From positions 340,628,001 to 340,692,000 of the forward strand of contig OZ024741.1 in the NCBI GenBank assembly GCA_964016885.1: a DNA stretch of 64,000 nucleotides. The letters run 5' to 3'. How positions within the stretch are numbered: position 1 is the first letter of the stretch; each line of letters begins with the position of its first letter. Of this stretch, positions 27,101 through 42,100 are shown in pieces. The DNA is from Eledone cirrhosa (lineage: Eukaryota). The position numbers and the translations under genes were made by a program. The notes beneath the pieces are model-generated. The model searched no databases. It worked only from the letters and a program-made list of their open reading frames with translations, and had not been told where the DNA came from.

Positions 27101-30100
27101 CCTCGCTATCACCTACAGTAATGCTGTGAGTATCTTGACTGTTCCACACCTCAGCCTCGCTATCACCCACAGTAATACTGTGAGGGTCTTGACTGTTCCA
27201 CACCTCAGCCTCGCTATCACCCACAGTAATGCTGTGAGTATCTTGACTGTTCCACACCTCAGCCTCTCTATCACCTACAGTAATGTTGAGAGGGTCTTGA
27301 CTGTTCCACACCTCAGCCTCGCTATCACCCACAGTAATGTTGTGAGGGTCTTGACTGTTCCACACCTCAGCCTCTCTATCACCTACAGTAATGTTGTGAG
27401 GGTCTTGACTGTTCCACACCTCAGCCTCGCTATCACCCACAGTAATGTTGTGAGGGTCTTGACTGTTCCACGCCTCAGCCTCTCTATCACCTACAGTAAT
27501 GTTGTGAGGGTCTTGACTGTTCCACACCTCAGCCTCGCTATCACCCACAGTAATGTTGTGAGGGTCTTGACTGTTCCACACCTCAGCCTCTCTATCACCT
27601 ACAGTAATGTTGTGAGGGTCTTGACTGTTCCACACCTCAGCCTCGCTATCACCCACAGTAATGTTGTGAGGGTCTTGACTGTTCCACACCTCAGCCTCTC
27701 TATCACCTACAGTAATGCTGTGAGTATCTTGACTGTTCCACACCTCAGCCTCTCTATCACCTACAGTAATGTTGTGAGGGTCTTGACTGTTCCACACCTC
27801 AGCCTCGCTATCACCCACAGTAATGCTGTGAGTATCTTGACTGTTCCACACCTCAGCCTCTCTATCACCTACAGTAATGTTGTGAGGGTCTTGACTGTTC
27901 CACACCTCAGCCTCGCTATCACCTACAGTAATGTTGTGAGGCTCTTGACTGTTCCACACCTCAGCCTCGCTATCACCCACAGTAATACTGTGAGGGTCTT
28001 GACTGTTCCACACCTCAGCCTCGCTATCACCCACAGTAATGCTGTGAGTATCTTGACTGTTCCACACCTCAGCCTCGCTATCACCTACTGTAATGTTGTG
28101 AGGCTCTTGACTGTTCCACACCTCAGCCTCGCTATCACCCACAGTAATACTGTGAGGGTCTTGACTGTTCCACACCTCAGCCTCTCTATCACCTACAGTA
28201 ATGCTGTGAGTATCTTGACTGTTCCACACCTCAGCCTCGCTATCACCTACAGTAATGTTGTGAGTATCTTGACTGTTCCACACCTCAGCCTTGCTATCAC
28301 CTACAGTAATGCTGTGAGTATCTTGACTGTTCCACACCTCAGCCTCTCTATCACCTACAGTAATGCTGTGAGTATCTTGACTGTTCCACACCTCAGCCTC
28401 GCTATCACCTACAGTAATACTGTGAGTATCTTGACTGTTCCACACCTCAGCCTCGCTATCACCTACAGTAATGCTGTGAGGGTCTTGACTGTTCCACACC
28501 TCAGCCTCTCTATCACCTACAGTAATGTTGTGAGGGTCTTGACTGTTCCACACCTCAGCCTCGCTATCACCTACATTAATGTTGTGAGGCTCTTGACTGT
28601 TCCACACCTCAGCCTCGCTATCACCCACAGTAATGCTGTGAGTATCTTGACTGTTCCACACCTCAGCCTCGCTATCACCTACAGTAATGTTGTGAGGGTC
28701 TTGACTGTTCCACACCTCAGCCTCGCTATCACCTACAGTAATACTGTGAGGGTCTTGACTGTTCCACACCTCAGCCTCGCTATCACCTACAGTAATACTG
28801 TGAGTATCTTGACTGTTCCACACCTCAGCCTCGCTATCACCTACAGTAATGTTGTGAGGGTCTTGACTGTTCCACACCTCAGCCTCTCTATCACCTACAG
28901 TAATACTGTGAGGGTCTTGACTGTTCCACACCTCAGCCTCGCTATCACCCACAGTAATGCTGTGAGTATCTTGACTGTTCCACACCTCAGCTTCGCTATC
29001 ACCTACAGTAATGTTGTGAGGGTCTTGACTGTTCCACACCTCAGCCTCGCTATCACCTACAGTAATGTTGTGAGGCTCTTGACTGTTCCACACCTCAGCC
29101 TCGCTATCACCAACAGTAATACTATGAGGGTCTTGACTGTTCCACACCTCAGCCTCGCTATCACCTACAGTAATGCTGTGAGTATCTTGACTGTTCCACA
29201 CCTCAGCCTCTCTATCACCTACAGTAATGCTGTGAGTATTTTGACTGTTCCACACCTCAGCCTCTCTATCACCTACAGTAATGCTGTGAGTATCTTGACT
29301 GTTCCACACCTCAGCCTCGCTATCACCTACAGTAATGCTGTGAGTATCTTGACTGTTCCACACCTCAGCCTCGCTATCACCTACAGTAATACTGTGAGTA
29401 TCTTGACTGTTCCACACCTCAGCCTCGCTATCACCTACAGTAATGCTGTGAGGGTCTTGACTGTTCCACACCTCAGCCTCGCTATCACCTACAGTAATGC
29501 TGTGAGTGTCTTGACTGTTCCACACCTCAGCCTCGCTATCACCTACAGTAATGCTGTGAGGGTCTTGACTGTTCCACACCTCAGCCTCTCTATCACCTAC
29601 AGTAATGCTGTGAGTATCTTGACTGTTCCACACCTCAGCCTCGCTATCACCTACAGTAATGCTGTGAGTATCTTGACTGTTCCACACCTCAGCCTCGCTA
29701 TCACCTACAGTAATGCTGTGAGTATCTTGACTGTTCCACACCTCAGCCTCGCTATCACCCACAGTAATGCTGTGAGTATCTTGACTGTTCCACACCTCAG
29801 CCTCGCTATCACCTACAGTAATGTTGTGAGGGTCTTGACTGTTCCACACCTCAGCCTCGCTATCACCTACAGTAATGTTGTGAGGGTCTTGACTGTTCCA
29901 CACCTCAGCCTCGCTATCACCTACAGTAATGTTGTGAGGGTCTTGACTGTTCCACACCTCAGCCTCGCTATCACCCACAGTAATGCTGTGAGTATCTTGA
30001 CTGTTCCACACCTCAGCCTCTCTATCACCTACAGTAATGCTGTGAGTATCTTGACTGTTCCACACCTCAGACTCGCTATCACCTACAGTAATGCTGTGAG

Positions 30101-33100
30101 TATCTTGACTCTTCCACACCTCAGACTCGCTATCACCTACAGTAATGTTGTGAGTATCTTGACTGTTCCACACCTCAGCCTCGCTATCACCTACAGTAAT
30201 ACTGTGAGTATCTTGACTGTTCCACACCTCAGCCACTCTATCACCTACAGTAATGCTGTGAGTATCTTGACTGTTCCACACCTCAGCCTCTCTATCACCT
30301 ACAGTAATGCTGTGAGTATCTTGACTGTTCCACACCTCAGACTCTCTATCACCTACAGTAATGCTGTGAGTATCTTGACTGTTCCACACCTCAGACTCGC
30401 TATCACCTACAGTAATGTTGTGAGTATCTTGACTGTTCCACACCTCAGCCTCGCTATCACCCACAGTAATGCTGTGAGTATCTTGACTGTTCCACACCTC
30501 AGCCTCGCTATCACCTACAGTAATGCTGTGAGTATCTTGACTGTTCCACACTTCAGTCTCGCTATCACCTACAGTAATGCTGTGAGTATCTTGACTGTTC
30601 CACACCTCAGCCTCTCTATCACCTACAGTAATGTTGTGAGGGTCTTGACTGTTCCACACCTCAGCCTCGCTATCACCCACAGTAATGCTGTGAGTATCTT
30701 GACTGTTCCACACCTCAGCCTCTCTATCATCTACAGTAATGCTGTGAGTATCTTGACTGTTCCACACCTCAGCCTCTCTATCATCTACAGTAATGTTGTG
30801 AGGGTCTTGACTGTTCCACACCTCAGCCTCGCTATCACCTACAGTAATGTTGTGCATATCTTGACTGTTCCACACCTCAGCCTCTCTATCATCTACAGTA
30901 ATGTTGCGAGGGTCTTGACTGTTCCACACCTCAGCCTCGCTATTACCCACAGTAATACTGTGAGGGTCTGGACTGTTCCACACCTCAGCCTCTCTATCAC
31001 CTACAGTAATGCTGTGAGTATCTTGACTGTTCCACACCTCAGCCTCGCTATCACCTACAGTAATGCTGTGAGTATCTTGACTGTTCCACACCTCAGCCTC
31101 TCTATCACCTACAGTAATGCTGTGAGTATCTTGACTGTTCCACACCTCAGCCTCTCTATCACCTACAGTAATGCTGTGAGTATCTTGACTGTTCCACACC
31201 TCAGCCTCTCTATCACCCACAGTAATGCTGTGAGTATCTTGACTGTTCCACACCTCAGCCTCTCTATCACCTACAGTAATGCTGTGAGTATCTTGACTGT
31301 TCCACACCTCAGCCTCGCTATCACCTACAGTAATCCTGTGAGTATCTTGACTGTTCCACACCTCAGCCTCGCTATCACCTACAGTAATGCTGTGAGGGTC
31401 TTGACTGTTCCACACCTCAGCCTCTCTATCACCCACAGTAATGCTGTGAGTATCTTGACTGTTCCACACCTCAGCCTCGTTATCACCTACAGTAATGCTG
31501 TGAGTATCTTGACTGTTCCACACCTCAGCCTCTCTATCACCTACAGTAATGCTGTGAGTACCTTGACTGTTCCACACCTCAGCCTCGCTATCACCTACAG
31601 TAATGCTGTGAGTATCTTGACTGTTCCACACCTCAGCCTCGCTATCACCCACAGTAATGCTGTGAGTATCTTGACTGTTCCACACCTCAGCCTCGCTATC
31701 ACCTACAGTAATGCTGTGAGTATCTTGACTGTTCTACACCTCAGCCTCTCTATCACCTACAGTAATGCTGTGAGTATCTTGACTGTTCTACACCTCAGCC
31801 TCTCTATCACCTACAGTAATGCTGTGAGTATCTTGACTGTTCCACACCTCAGCCTCGCTATCACCTACAGTAATGCTGTGAGTATCTTGACTGTTCCACA
31901 CCTCAGCCTCTCTATCACCTACAGTAATGCTGTGAGTATCTTGACTGTTCCACACCTCAGCCTCTCTATCACCTACAGTAATGCTGTGAGTATCTTGACT
32001 GTTCCACACCTCAGCCTCTCTATCACCTACAGTAATGCTGTGAGTATCTTGACTGTTCCACACCTCAGCCTCGCTATCACCTACAGTAATGCTGTGAGTA
32101 TCTTGACTGTTCCACACCTCAGTCTCTCTATCACCTACAGTAATTTTGTGAGGGTCTTGACTGTTCCACACCTCAGCCTCGCTATCACCTACAGTAATGC
32201 TGTGAGTATCTTTAGTGTTCCACACCTCAGCCTCGCTATCACCTACAGTAATGTTGTGAGGGTCTTGACTGTTCCACACCTCAGCCTCTCTATCACCTAC
32301 AGTAATGCTGTGAGTATCTTTACTGTTCCACACCTCAGCCTCTCTATCACCTACAGTAATGCTGTGAGTATCTTGACTGTTCCACACCTCAGCCTCGCTA
32401 TCACCTACAGTAATGCTGTGAGTATCTTGACTGTTCCACACCTCAGCCTCTCTATCACCTACAGTAATGCTGTGAGTATCTTTACTGTTCCACACCTCAG
32501 CCTCGCTATCACCTACAGTAATGCTGTGAGTATCTTGACTGTTCCACACCTCAGCCTCGTTATCACCTACAGTAATGCTGTGAGTATTTTGACTGTTCCA
32601 CACCTCAGCCTCTCTATCACCTACAGTAATGCTGTGAGTATCTTGACTGTTCCACACCTCAGCCTCGCTATCACCTACAGTAATGCTGTGAGTATCTTGA
32701 CTGTTCCACACCTCAGCCTCGCTATCACCTACAGTAATACTGTGAGTATCTTGACTGTTCCACACCTCAGCCTCGCTATCACCTACAGTAATGCTGTGAG
32801 GGTCTTGACTGTTCCACACCTCAGCCTCGCTATCACCTACAGTAATGCTGTGAGTGTCTTGACTGTTCCACACCTCAGCCTCGCTATCACCTACAGTAAT
32901 GCTGTGAGGGTCTTGACTGTTCCACACCTCAGCCTCTCTATCACCTACAGTAATGCTGTGAGTATCTTGACTGTTCCACACCTCAGCCTCGCTATCACCT
33001 ACAGTAATGCTGTGAGTATCTTGACTGTTCCACACCTCAGCCTCGCTATCACCTACAGTAATGCTGTGAGTATCTTGACTGTTCCACACCTCAGCCTCGC

Positions 33101-36100
33101 TATCACCCACAGTAATGCTGTGAGTATCTTGACTGTTCCACACCTCAGCCTCGCTATCACCTACAGTAATGTTGTGAGGGTCTTGACTGTTCCACACCTC
33201 AGCCTCGCTATCACCTACAGTAATGTTGTGAGGGTCTTGACTGTTCCACACCTCAGCCTCGCTATCACCTACAGTAATGTTGTGAGGGTCTTGACTGTTC
33301 CACACCTCAGCCTCGCTATCACCCACAGTAATGCTGTGAGTATCTTGACTGTTCCACACCTCAGCCTCTCTATCACCTACAGTAATGCTGTGAGTATCTT
33401 GACTGTTCCACACCTCAGACTCGCTATCACCTACAGTAATGCTGTGAGTATCTTGACTGTTCCACACCTCAGACTCGCTATCACCTACAGTAATGTTGTG
33501 AGTATCTTGACTGTTCCACACCTCAGCCTCGCTATCACCTACAGTAATACTGTGAGTATCTTGACTGTTCCACACCTCAGCCACTCTATCACCTACAGTA
33601 ATGCTGTGAGTATCTTGACTGTTCCACACCTCAGCCTCTCTATCACCTACAGTAATGCTGTGAGTATCTTGACTGTTCGACACCTCAGACTCTCTATCAC
33701 CTACAGTAATGCTGTGAGTATCTTGACTGTTCCACACCTCAGACTCGCTATCACCTACAGTAATGTTGTGAGTATCTTGACTGTTCCACACCTCAGCCTC
33801 GCTATCACCCACAGTAATGCTGTGAGTATCTTGACTGTTCCACACCTCAGCCTCGCTATCACCTACAGTAATGCTGTGAGTATCTTGACTGTTCCACACT
33901 TCAGTCTCGCTATCACCTACAGTAATGCTGTGAGTATCTTGACTGTTCCACACCTCAGCCTCTCTATCACCTACAGTAATGTTGTGAGGGTCTTGACTGT
34001 TCCACACCTCAGCCTCGCTATCACCCACAGTAATGCTGTGAGTATCTTGACTGTTCCACACCTCAGCCTCTCTATCATCTACAGTAATGCTGTGAGTATC
34101 TTGACTGTTCCACACCTCAGCCTCTCTATCATCTACAGTAATGTTGTGAGGGTCTTGACTGTTCCACACCTCAGCCTCGCTATCACCTACAGTAATGTTG
34201 TGCATATCTTGACTGTTCCACACCTCAGCCTCTCTATCATCTACAGTAATGTTGCGAGGGTCTTGACTGTTCCACACCTCAGCCTCGCTATTACCCACAG
34301 TAATACTGTGAGGGTCTGGACTGTTCCACACCTCAGCCTCTCTATCACCTACAGTAATGCTGTGAGTATCTTGACTGTTCCACACCTCAGCCTCGCTATC
34401 ACCTACAGTAATGCTGTGAGTATCTTGACTGTTCCACACCTCAGCCTCTCTATCACCTACAGTAATGCTGTGAGTATCTTGACTGTTCCACACCTCAGCC
34501 TCTCTATCACCTACAGTAATGCTGTGAGTATCTTGACTGTTCCACACCTCAGCCTCTCTATCACCCACAGTAATGCTGTGAGTATCTTGACTGTTCCACA
34601 CCTCAGCCTCTCTATCACCTACAGTAATGCTGTGAGTATCTTGACTGTTCCACACCTCAGCCTCGCTATCACCTACAGTAATCCTGTGAGTATCTTGACT
34701 GTTCCACACCTCAGCCTCGCTATCACCTACAGTAATGCTGTGAGGGTCTTGACTGTTCCACACCTCAGCCTCTCTATCACCCACAGTAATGCTGTGAGTA
34801 TCTTGACTGTTCCACACCTCAGCCTCGTTATCACCTACAGTAATGCTGTGAGTATCTTGACTGTTCCACACCTCAGCCTCTCTATCACCTACAGTAATGC
34901 TGTGAGTACCTTGACTGTTCCACACCTCAGCCTCGCTATCACCTACAGTAATGCTGTGAGTATCTTGACTGTTCCACACCTCAGCCTCGCTATCACCCAC
35001 AGTAATGCTGTGAGTATCTTGACTGTTCCACACCTCAGCCTCGCTATCACCTACAGTAATGCTGTGAGTATCTTGACTGTTCTACACCTCAGCCTCTCTA
35101 TCACCTACAGTAATGCTGTGAGTATCTTGACTGTTCTACACCTCAGCCTCTCTATCACCTACAGTAATGCTGTGAGTATCTTGACTGTTCCACACCTCAG
35201 CCTCGCTATCACCTACAGTAATGCTGTGAGTATCTTGACTGTTCCACACCTCAGCCTCTCTATCACCTACAGTAATGCTGTGAGTATCTTGACTGTTCCA
35301 CACCTCAGCCTCTCTATCACCTACAGTAATGCTGTGAGTATCTTGACTGTTCCACACCTCAGCCTCTCTATCACCTACAGTAATGCTGTGAGTATCTTGA
35401 CTGTTCCACACCTCAGCCTCGCTATCACCTACAGTAATGCTGTGAGTATCTTGACTGTTCCACACCTCAGTCTCTCTATCACCTACAGTAATTTTGTGAG
35501 GGTCTTGACTGTTCCACACCTCAGCCTCGCTATCACCTACAGTAATGCTGTGAGTATCTTTAGTGTTCCACACCTCAGCCTCGCTATCACCTACAGTAAT
35601 GTTGTGAGGGTCTTGACTGTTCCACACCTCAGCCTCTCTATCACCTACAGTAATGCTGTGAGTATCTTTACTGTTCCACACCTCAGCCTCTCTATCACCT
35701 ACAGTAATGCTGTGAGTATCTTGACTGTTCCACACCTCAGCCTCGCTATCACCTACAGTAATGCTGTGAGTATCTTGACTGTTCCACACCTCAGCCTCTC
35801 TATCACCTACAGTAATGCTGTGAGTATCTTTACTGTTCCACACCTCAGCCTCGCTATCACCTACAGTAATGCTGTGAGTATCTTGACTGTTCCACACCTC
35901 AGCCTCGTTATCACCTACAGTAATGCTGTGAGTATCTTGACTGTTCCACACCTCAGACTCGCTATCACCTACAGTAATGCTGTGAGTATCTTGACTGTTC
36001 CACACCTCAGACTCGCTATCACCTACAGTAATGTTGTGAGTATCTTGACTGTTCCACACCTCAGACTCGCTATCACCTACAGTAATGCTGTGAGGGTCTT

Positions 36101-39100
36101 GACTGTTCCACACCTCAGCCTCTCTATCACCTACAGTAATGCTGTGAGTATCTTGACTGTTCCACACCTCAGCCTCTCTATCACCTACAGTAATGCTGTG
36201 AGTATCTTGACTGTTCCACACCTCAGCCTCTCTATCACCTACAGTAATGCTGTGAGTATCTTGACTGTTCCACACCTCAGCCTCTCGATCACCTACAGAA
36301 CTGCTGTGAGGGTTTGACTGTTCACCACCTCAGCCTCTCTATCACCTACAGTAATGTTGTAAGTATCTTGACTGTTCCACACCTCAGACTCGCTATCACC
36401 TACAGTAATGCTGTGAGTATCTTGACTGTTCCACACCTCAGACTCGCTATCACCTACAGTAATGCTGTGAGTATCTTGACTGTTCCACACCTCAGCCTCT
36501 CTATCACCTACAGTAATGCTGTGAGTATCTTGACTGTTCCACACCTCAGCCTCGCTATCACCTACAGTAATGCTGTGAGTATCTTGACTGTTCCACACCT
36601 CAGACTCGCTATCACCTACAGTAATGCTGTGAGTATCTTGACTGTTCCACACCTCAGCCTCGCTATCACCTACAGTAATACTGTGAGTATCTTGACTGTT
36701 CCACACCTCAGCCTCGCTATCACCTACAGTAATGCTGTGAGGGTCTTGACTGTTCCACACCTCAGCCTCGCTATCACCTACAGTAATGCTGTGAGTGTCT
36801 TGACTGTTCCACACCTCAGCCTCGCTATCACCTACAGTAATGCTGTGAGGGTCTTGACTGTTCCACACCTCAGCCTCTCTATCACCTACAGTAATGCTGT
36901 GAGTATCTTGACTGTTCCACACCTCAGCCTCGCTATCACCTACAGTAATGCTGTGAGTATCTTGACTGTTCCACACCTCAGCCTCGCTATCACCTACAGT
37001 AATGCTGTGAGTATCTTGACTGTTCCACACCTCAGCCTCGCTATCACCCACAGTAATGCTGTGAGTATCTTGACTGTTCCACACCTCAGCCTCGCTATCA
37101 CCTACAGTAATGTTGTGAGGGTCTTGACTGTTCCACACCTCAGCCTCGCTATCACCTACAGTAATGTTGTGAGGGTCTTGACTGTTCCACACCTCAGCCT
37201 CGCTATCACCTACAGTAATGTTGTGAGGGTCTTGACTGTTCCACACCTCAGCCTCGCTATCACCCACAGTAATGCTGTGAGTATCTTGACTGTTCCACAC
37301 CTCAGCCTCTCTATCACCTACAGTAATGCTGTGAGTATCTTGACTGTTCCACACCTCAGACTCGCTATCACCTACAGTAATGCTGTGAGTATCTTGACTG
37401 TTCCACACCTCAGACTCGCTATCACCTACAGTAATGTTGTGAGTATCTTGACTGTTCCACACCTCAGCCTCGCTATCACCTACAGTAATACTGTGAGTAT
37501 CTTGACTGTTCCACACCTCAGCCACTCTATCACCTACAGTAATGCTGTGAGTATCTTGACTGTTCCACACCTCAGCCTCTCTATCACCTACAGTAATGCT
37601 GTGAGTATCTTGACTGTTCCACACCTCAGACTCTCTATCACCTACAGTAATGCTGTGAGTATCTTGACTGTTCCACACCTCAGACTCGCTATCACCTACA
37701 GTAATGTTGTGAGTATCTTGACTGTTCCACACCTCAGCCTCGCTATCACCCACAGTAATGCTGTGAGTATCTTGACTGTTCCACACCTCAGCCTCGCTAT
37801 CACCTACAGTAATGCTGTGAGTATCTTGACTGTTCCACACTTCAGTCTCGCTATCACCTACAGTAATGCTGTGAGTATCTTGACTGTTCCACACCTCAGC
37901 CTCTCTATCACCTACAGTAATGTTGTGAGGGTCTTGACTGTTCCACACCTCAGCCTCGCTATCACCCACAGTAATGCTGTGAGTATCTTGACTGTTCCAC
38001 ACCTCAGCCTCTCTATCATCTACAGTAATGCTGTGAGTATCTTGACTGTTCCACACCTCAGCCTCTCTATCATCTACAGTAATGTTGTGAGGGTCTTGAC
38101 TGTTCCACACCTCAGCCTCGCTATCACCTACAGTAATGTTGTGCATATCTTGACTGTTCCACACCTCAGCCTCTCTATCATCTACAGTAATGTTGCGAGG
38201 GTCTTGACTGTTCCACACCTCAGCCTCGCTATTACCCACAGTAATACTGTGAGGGTCTGGACTGTTCCACACCTCAGCCTCTCTATCACCTACAGTAATG
38301 CTGTGAGTATCTTGACTGTTCCACACCTCAGCCTCGCTATCACCTACAGTAATGCTGTGAGTATCTTGACTGTTCCACACCTCAGCCTCTCTATCACCTA
38401 CAGTAATGCTGTGAGTATCTTGACTGTTCCACACCTCAGCCTCTCTATCACCTACAGTAATGCTGTGAGTATCTTGACTGTTCCACACCTCAGCCTCTCT
38501 ATCACCCACAGTAATGCTGTGAGTATCTTGACTGTTCCACACCTCAGCCTCTCTATCACCTACAGTAATGCTGTGAGTATCTTGACTGTTCCACACCTCA
38601 GCCTCGCTATCACCTACAGTAATCCTGTGAGTATCTTGACTGTTCCACACCTCAGCCTCGCTATCACCTACAGTAATGCTGTGAGGGTCTTGACTGTTCC
38701 ACACCTCAGCCTCTCTATCACCCACAGTAATGCTGTGAGTATCTTGACTGTTCCACACCTCAGCCTCGTTATCACCTACAGTAATGCTGTGAGTATCTTG
38801 ACTGTTCCACACCTCAGCCTCTCTATCACCTACAGTAATGCTGTGAGTACCTTGACTGTTCCACACCTCAGCCTCGCTATCACCTACAGTAATGCTGTGA
38901 GTATCTTGACTGTTCCACACCTCAGCCTCGCTATCACCCACAGTAATGCTGTGAGTATCTTGACTGTTCCACACCTCAGCCTCGCTATCACCTACAGTAA
39001 TGCTGTGAGTATCTTGACTGTTCTACACCTCAGCCTCTCTATCACCTACAGTAATGCTGTGAGTATCTTGACTGTTCTACACCTCAGCCTCTCTATCACC

Positions 39101-42100
39101 TACAGTAATGCTGTGAGTATCTTGACTGTTCCACACCTCAGCCTCGCTATCACCTACAGTAATGCTGTGAGTATCTTGACTGTTCCACACCTCAGCCTCT
39201 CTATCACCTACAGTAATGCTGTGAGTATCTTGACTGTTCCACACCTCAGCCTCTCTATCACCTACAGTAATGCTGTGAGTATCTTGACTGTTCCACACCT
39301 CAGCCTCTCTATCACCTACAGTAATGCTGTGAGTATCTTGACTGTTCCACACCTCAGCCTCGCTATCACCTACAGTAATGCTGTGAGTATCTTGACTGTT
39401 CCACACCTCAGTCTCTCTATCACCTACAGTAATTTTGTGAGGGTCTTGACTGTTCCACACCTCAGCCTCGCTATCACCTACAGTAATGCTGTGAGTATCT
39501 TTAGTGTTCCACACCTCAGCCTCGCTATCACCTACAGTAATGTTGTGAGGGTCTTGACTGTTCCACACCTCAGCCTCTCTATCACCTACAGTAATGCTGT
39601 GAGTATCTTTACTGTTCCACACCTCAGCCTCTCTATCACCTACAGTAATGCTGTGAGTATCTTGACTGTTCCACACCTCAGCCTCGCTATCACCTACAGT
39701 AATGCTGTGAGTATCTTGACTGTTCCACACCTCAGCCTCTCTATCACCTACAGTAATGCTGTGAGTATCTTTACTGTTCCACACCTCAGCCTCGCTATCA
39801 CCTACAGTAATGCTGTGAGTATCTTGACTGTTCCACACCTCAGCCTCGTTATCACCTACAGTAATGCTGTGAGTATCTTGACTGTTCCACACCTCAGACT
39901 CGCTATCACCTACAGTAATGCTGTGAGTATCTTGACTGTTCCACACCTCAGACTCGCTATCACCTACAGTAATGTTGTGAGTATCTTGACTGTTCCACAC
40001 CTCAGACTCGCTATCACCTACAGTAATGCTGTGAGGGTCTTGACTGTTCCACACCTCAGCCTCTCTATCACCTACAGTAATGCTGTGAGTATCTTGACTG
40101 TTCCACACCTCAGCCTCTCTATCACCTACAGTAATGCTGTGAGTATCTTGACTGTTCCACACCTCAGCCTCTCTATCACCTACAGTAATGCTGTGAGTAT
40201 CTTGACTGTTCCACACCTCAGCCTCTCTATCACCTACAGAACTGCTGTGAGGGTTTGACTGTTCACCACCTCAGCCTCTCTATCACCTACAGTAATGTTG
40301 TAAGTATCTTGACTGTTCCACACCTCAGACTCGCTATCACCTACAGTAATGCTGTGAGTATCTTGACTGTTCCACACCTCAGACTCGCTATCACCTACAG
40401 TAATGCTGTGAGTATCTTGACTGTTCCACACCTCAGCCTCTCTATCACCTACAGTAATGCTGTGAGTATCTTGACTGTTCCACACCTCAGCCTCGCTATC
40501 ACCTACAGTAATGCTGTGAGTATCTTGACTGTTCCACACCTCAGACTCGTTATCACCTACAGTAATGCTGTGAGTATCTTGACTGTTCCACACCTCAGCC
40601 TCTCTATCACCTACAGTAATGCTGTGAGTATCTTGACTGTTCCACACCTCAGCCTCGCTATCACCTACAGTAATGCTGTGAGTATCTTGACTGTTCCACA
40701 CCTCAGACTCGCTATCACCTACAGTAATGCTGTAAGTATCTTGACTGTTCCACACCTCAGCCTCGCTATCACCTACAGTAATGCTGTGAGTATCTTGACT
40801 GTTCCACACCTCGGACTCGCTATCACCTACAGTAATGCTGTGAGTATCTTGACTGTTCCACACCTCAGCCTCTCTATCACCTACAGTAATGCTGTGAGTA
40901 TCTTGACTGTTCCACACCGCAGCCTCGCTATCACCTACAGTAATGCTGTGAGTATCTTGACTGTTCCACAACTCAGACTCGCTATCACCTACAGTAATGT
41001 TGTGAGTATCTTGACTGTTCCACACCTCAGCCTCGCTATCTCCTACAGTAATGCTGTGAGTATCTTGACTGTTCCACACCTCAGCCTCGCTATCACCTAC
41101 AGTAATGCTATGAGTATCTTGACTGTTCCACACCTCAGCCTCGCTATCACCTACAGTAATGCTGTGAGTATCTTGACTGTTCCACACCTCAGCCTCGCTA
41201 TCACCTACAGTAATGTTGTGAGGGTCTTGACTGTTCCACACCTCAGCCTCGCTATCACCCACAGTAATGCTGTGAGTATCTTGACTGTTCCACACCTCAG
41301 CCTCTCTATAACCTACAGTAATGCTGTGAGTATCTTGACTGTTCCACACCTCAGACTCGCTATCACCTACAGTAATTCTGTGAGTATCTTGACTGTTCCA
41401 CACCTCAGACTGGCTATCACCTACAGTAATGTTGTGAGTATCTTGACTGTTCCACACCTCAGCCTCGCTATCACCTACAGTAATGCTGTGAGTATCTTGA
41501 CTGTTCCACACCTCAGTCTCGCTATCACCTACAGTAATGCTGTGAGTATCTTGACTGTTCCACACCTCAGCCTCGCTATCACCTACAGTAATGCTGTGAG
41601 TATCTTGACTGTTCCACACCTCAGCCTCGCTATCACCTACAGTAATGCTATGAGTATCTTGACTGTTCCACACCTCAGCCTCGCTATCACCTACAGTAAT
41701 GCTGTGAGTATCTTGACTGTTCCACACCTCAGCCTCGCTATCACCTACAGTAATGTTGTGAGGGTCTTGACTGTTCCACACCTCAGCCTCGCTATCACCC
41801 ACAGTAATGCTGTGAGTATCTTGACTGTTCCACACCTCAGCCTCTCTATCACCTACAGTAATGCTGTGAGTATCTTGACTGTTCCACACCTCAGACTCGC
41901 TATCACCTACAGTAATTCTGTGAGTATCTTGACTGTTCCACACCTCAGACTCGCTATCACCTACAGTAATGTTGTGAGTATCTTGACTGTTCCACACCTC
42001 AGCCTCGCTATCACCTACAGTAATGCTGTGAGTATTTTGACTGTTCCACACCTCAGTCTCGCTATCACCTACAGTAATGCTGTGAGTATCTTGACTGTTC

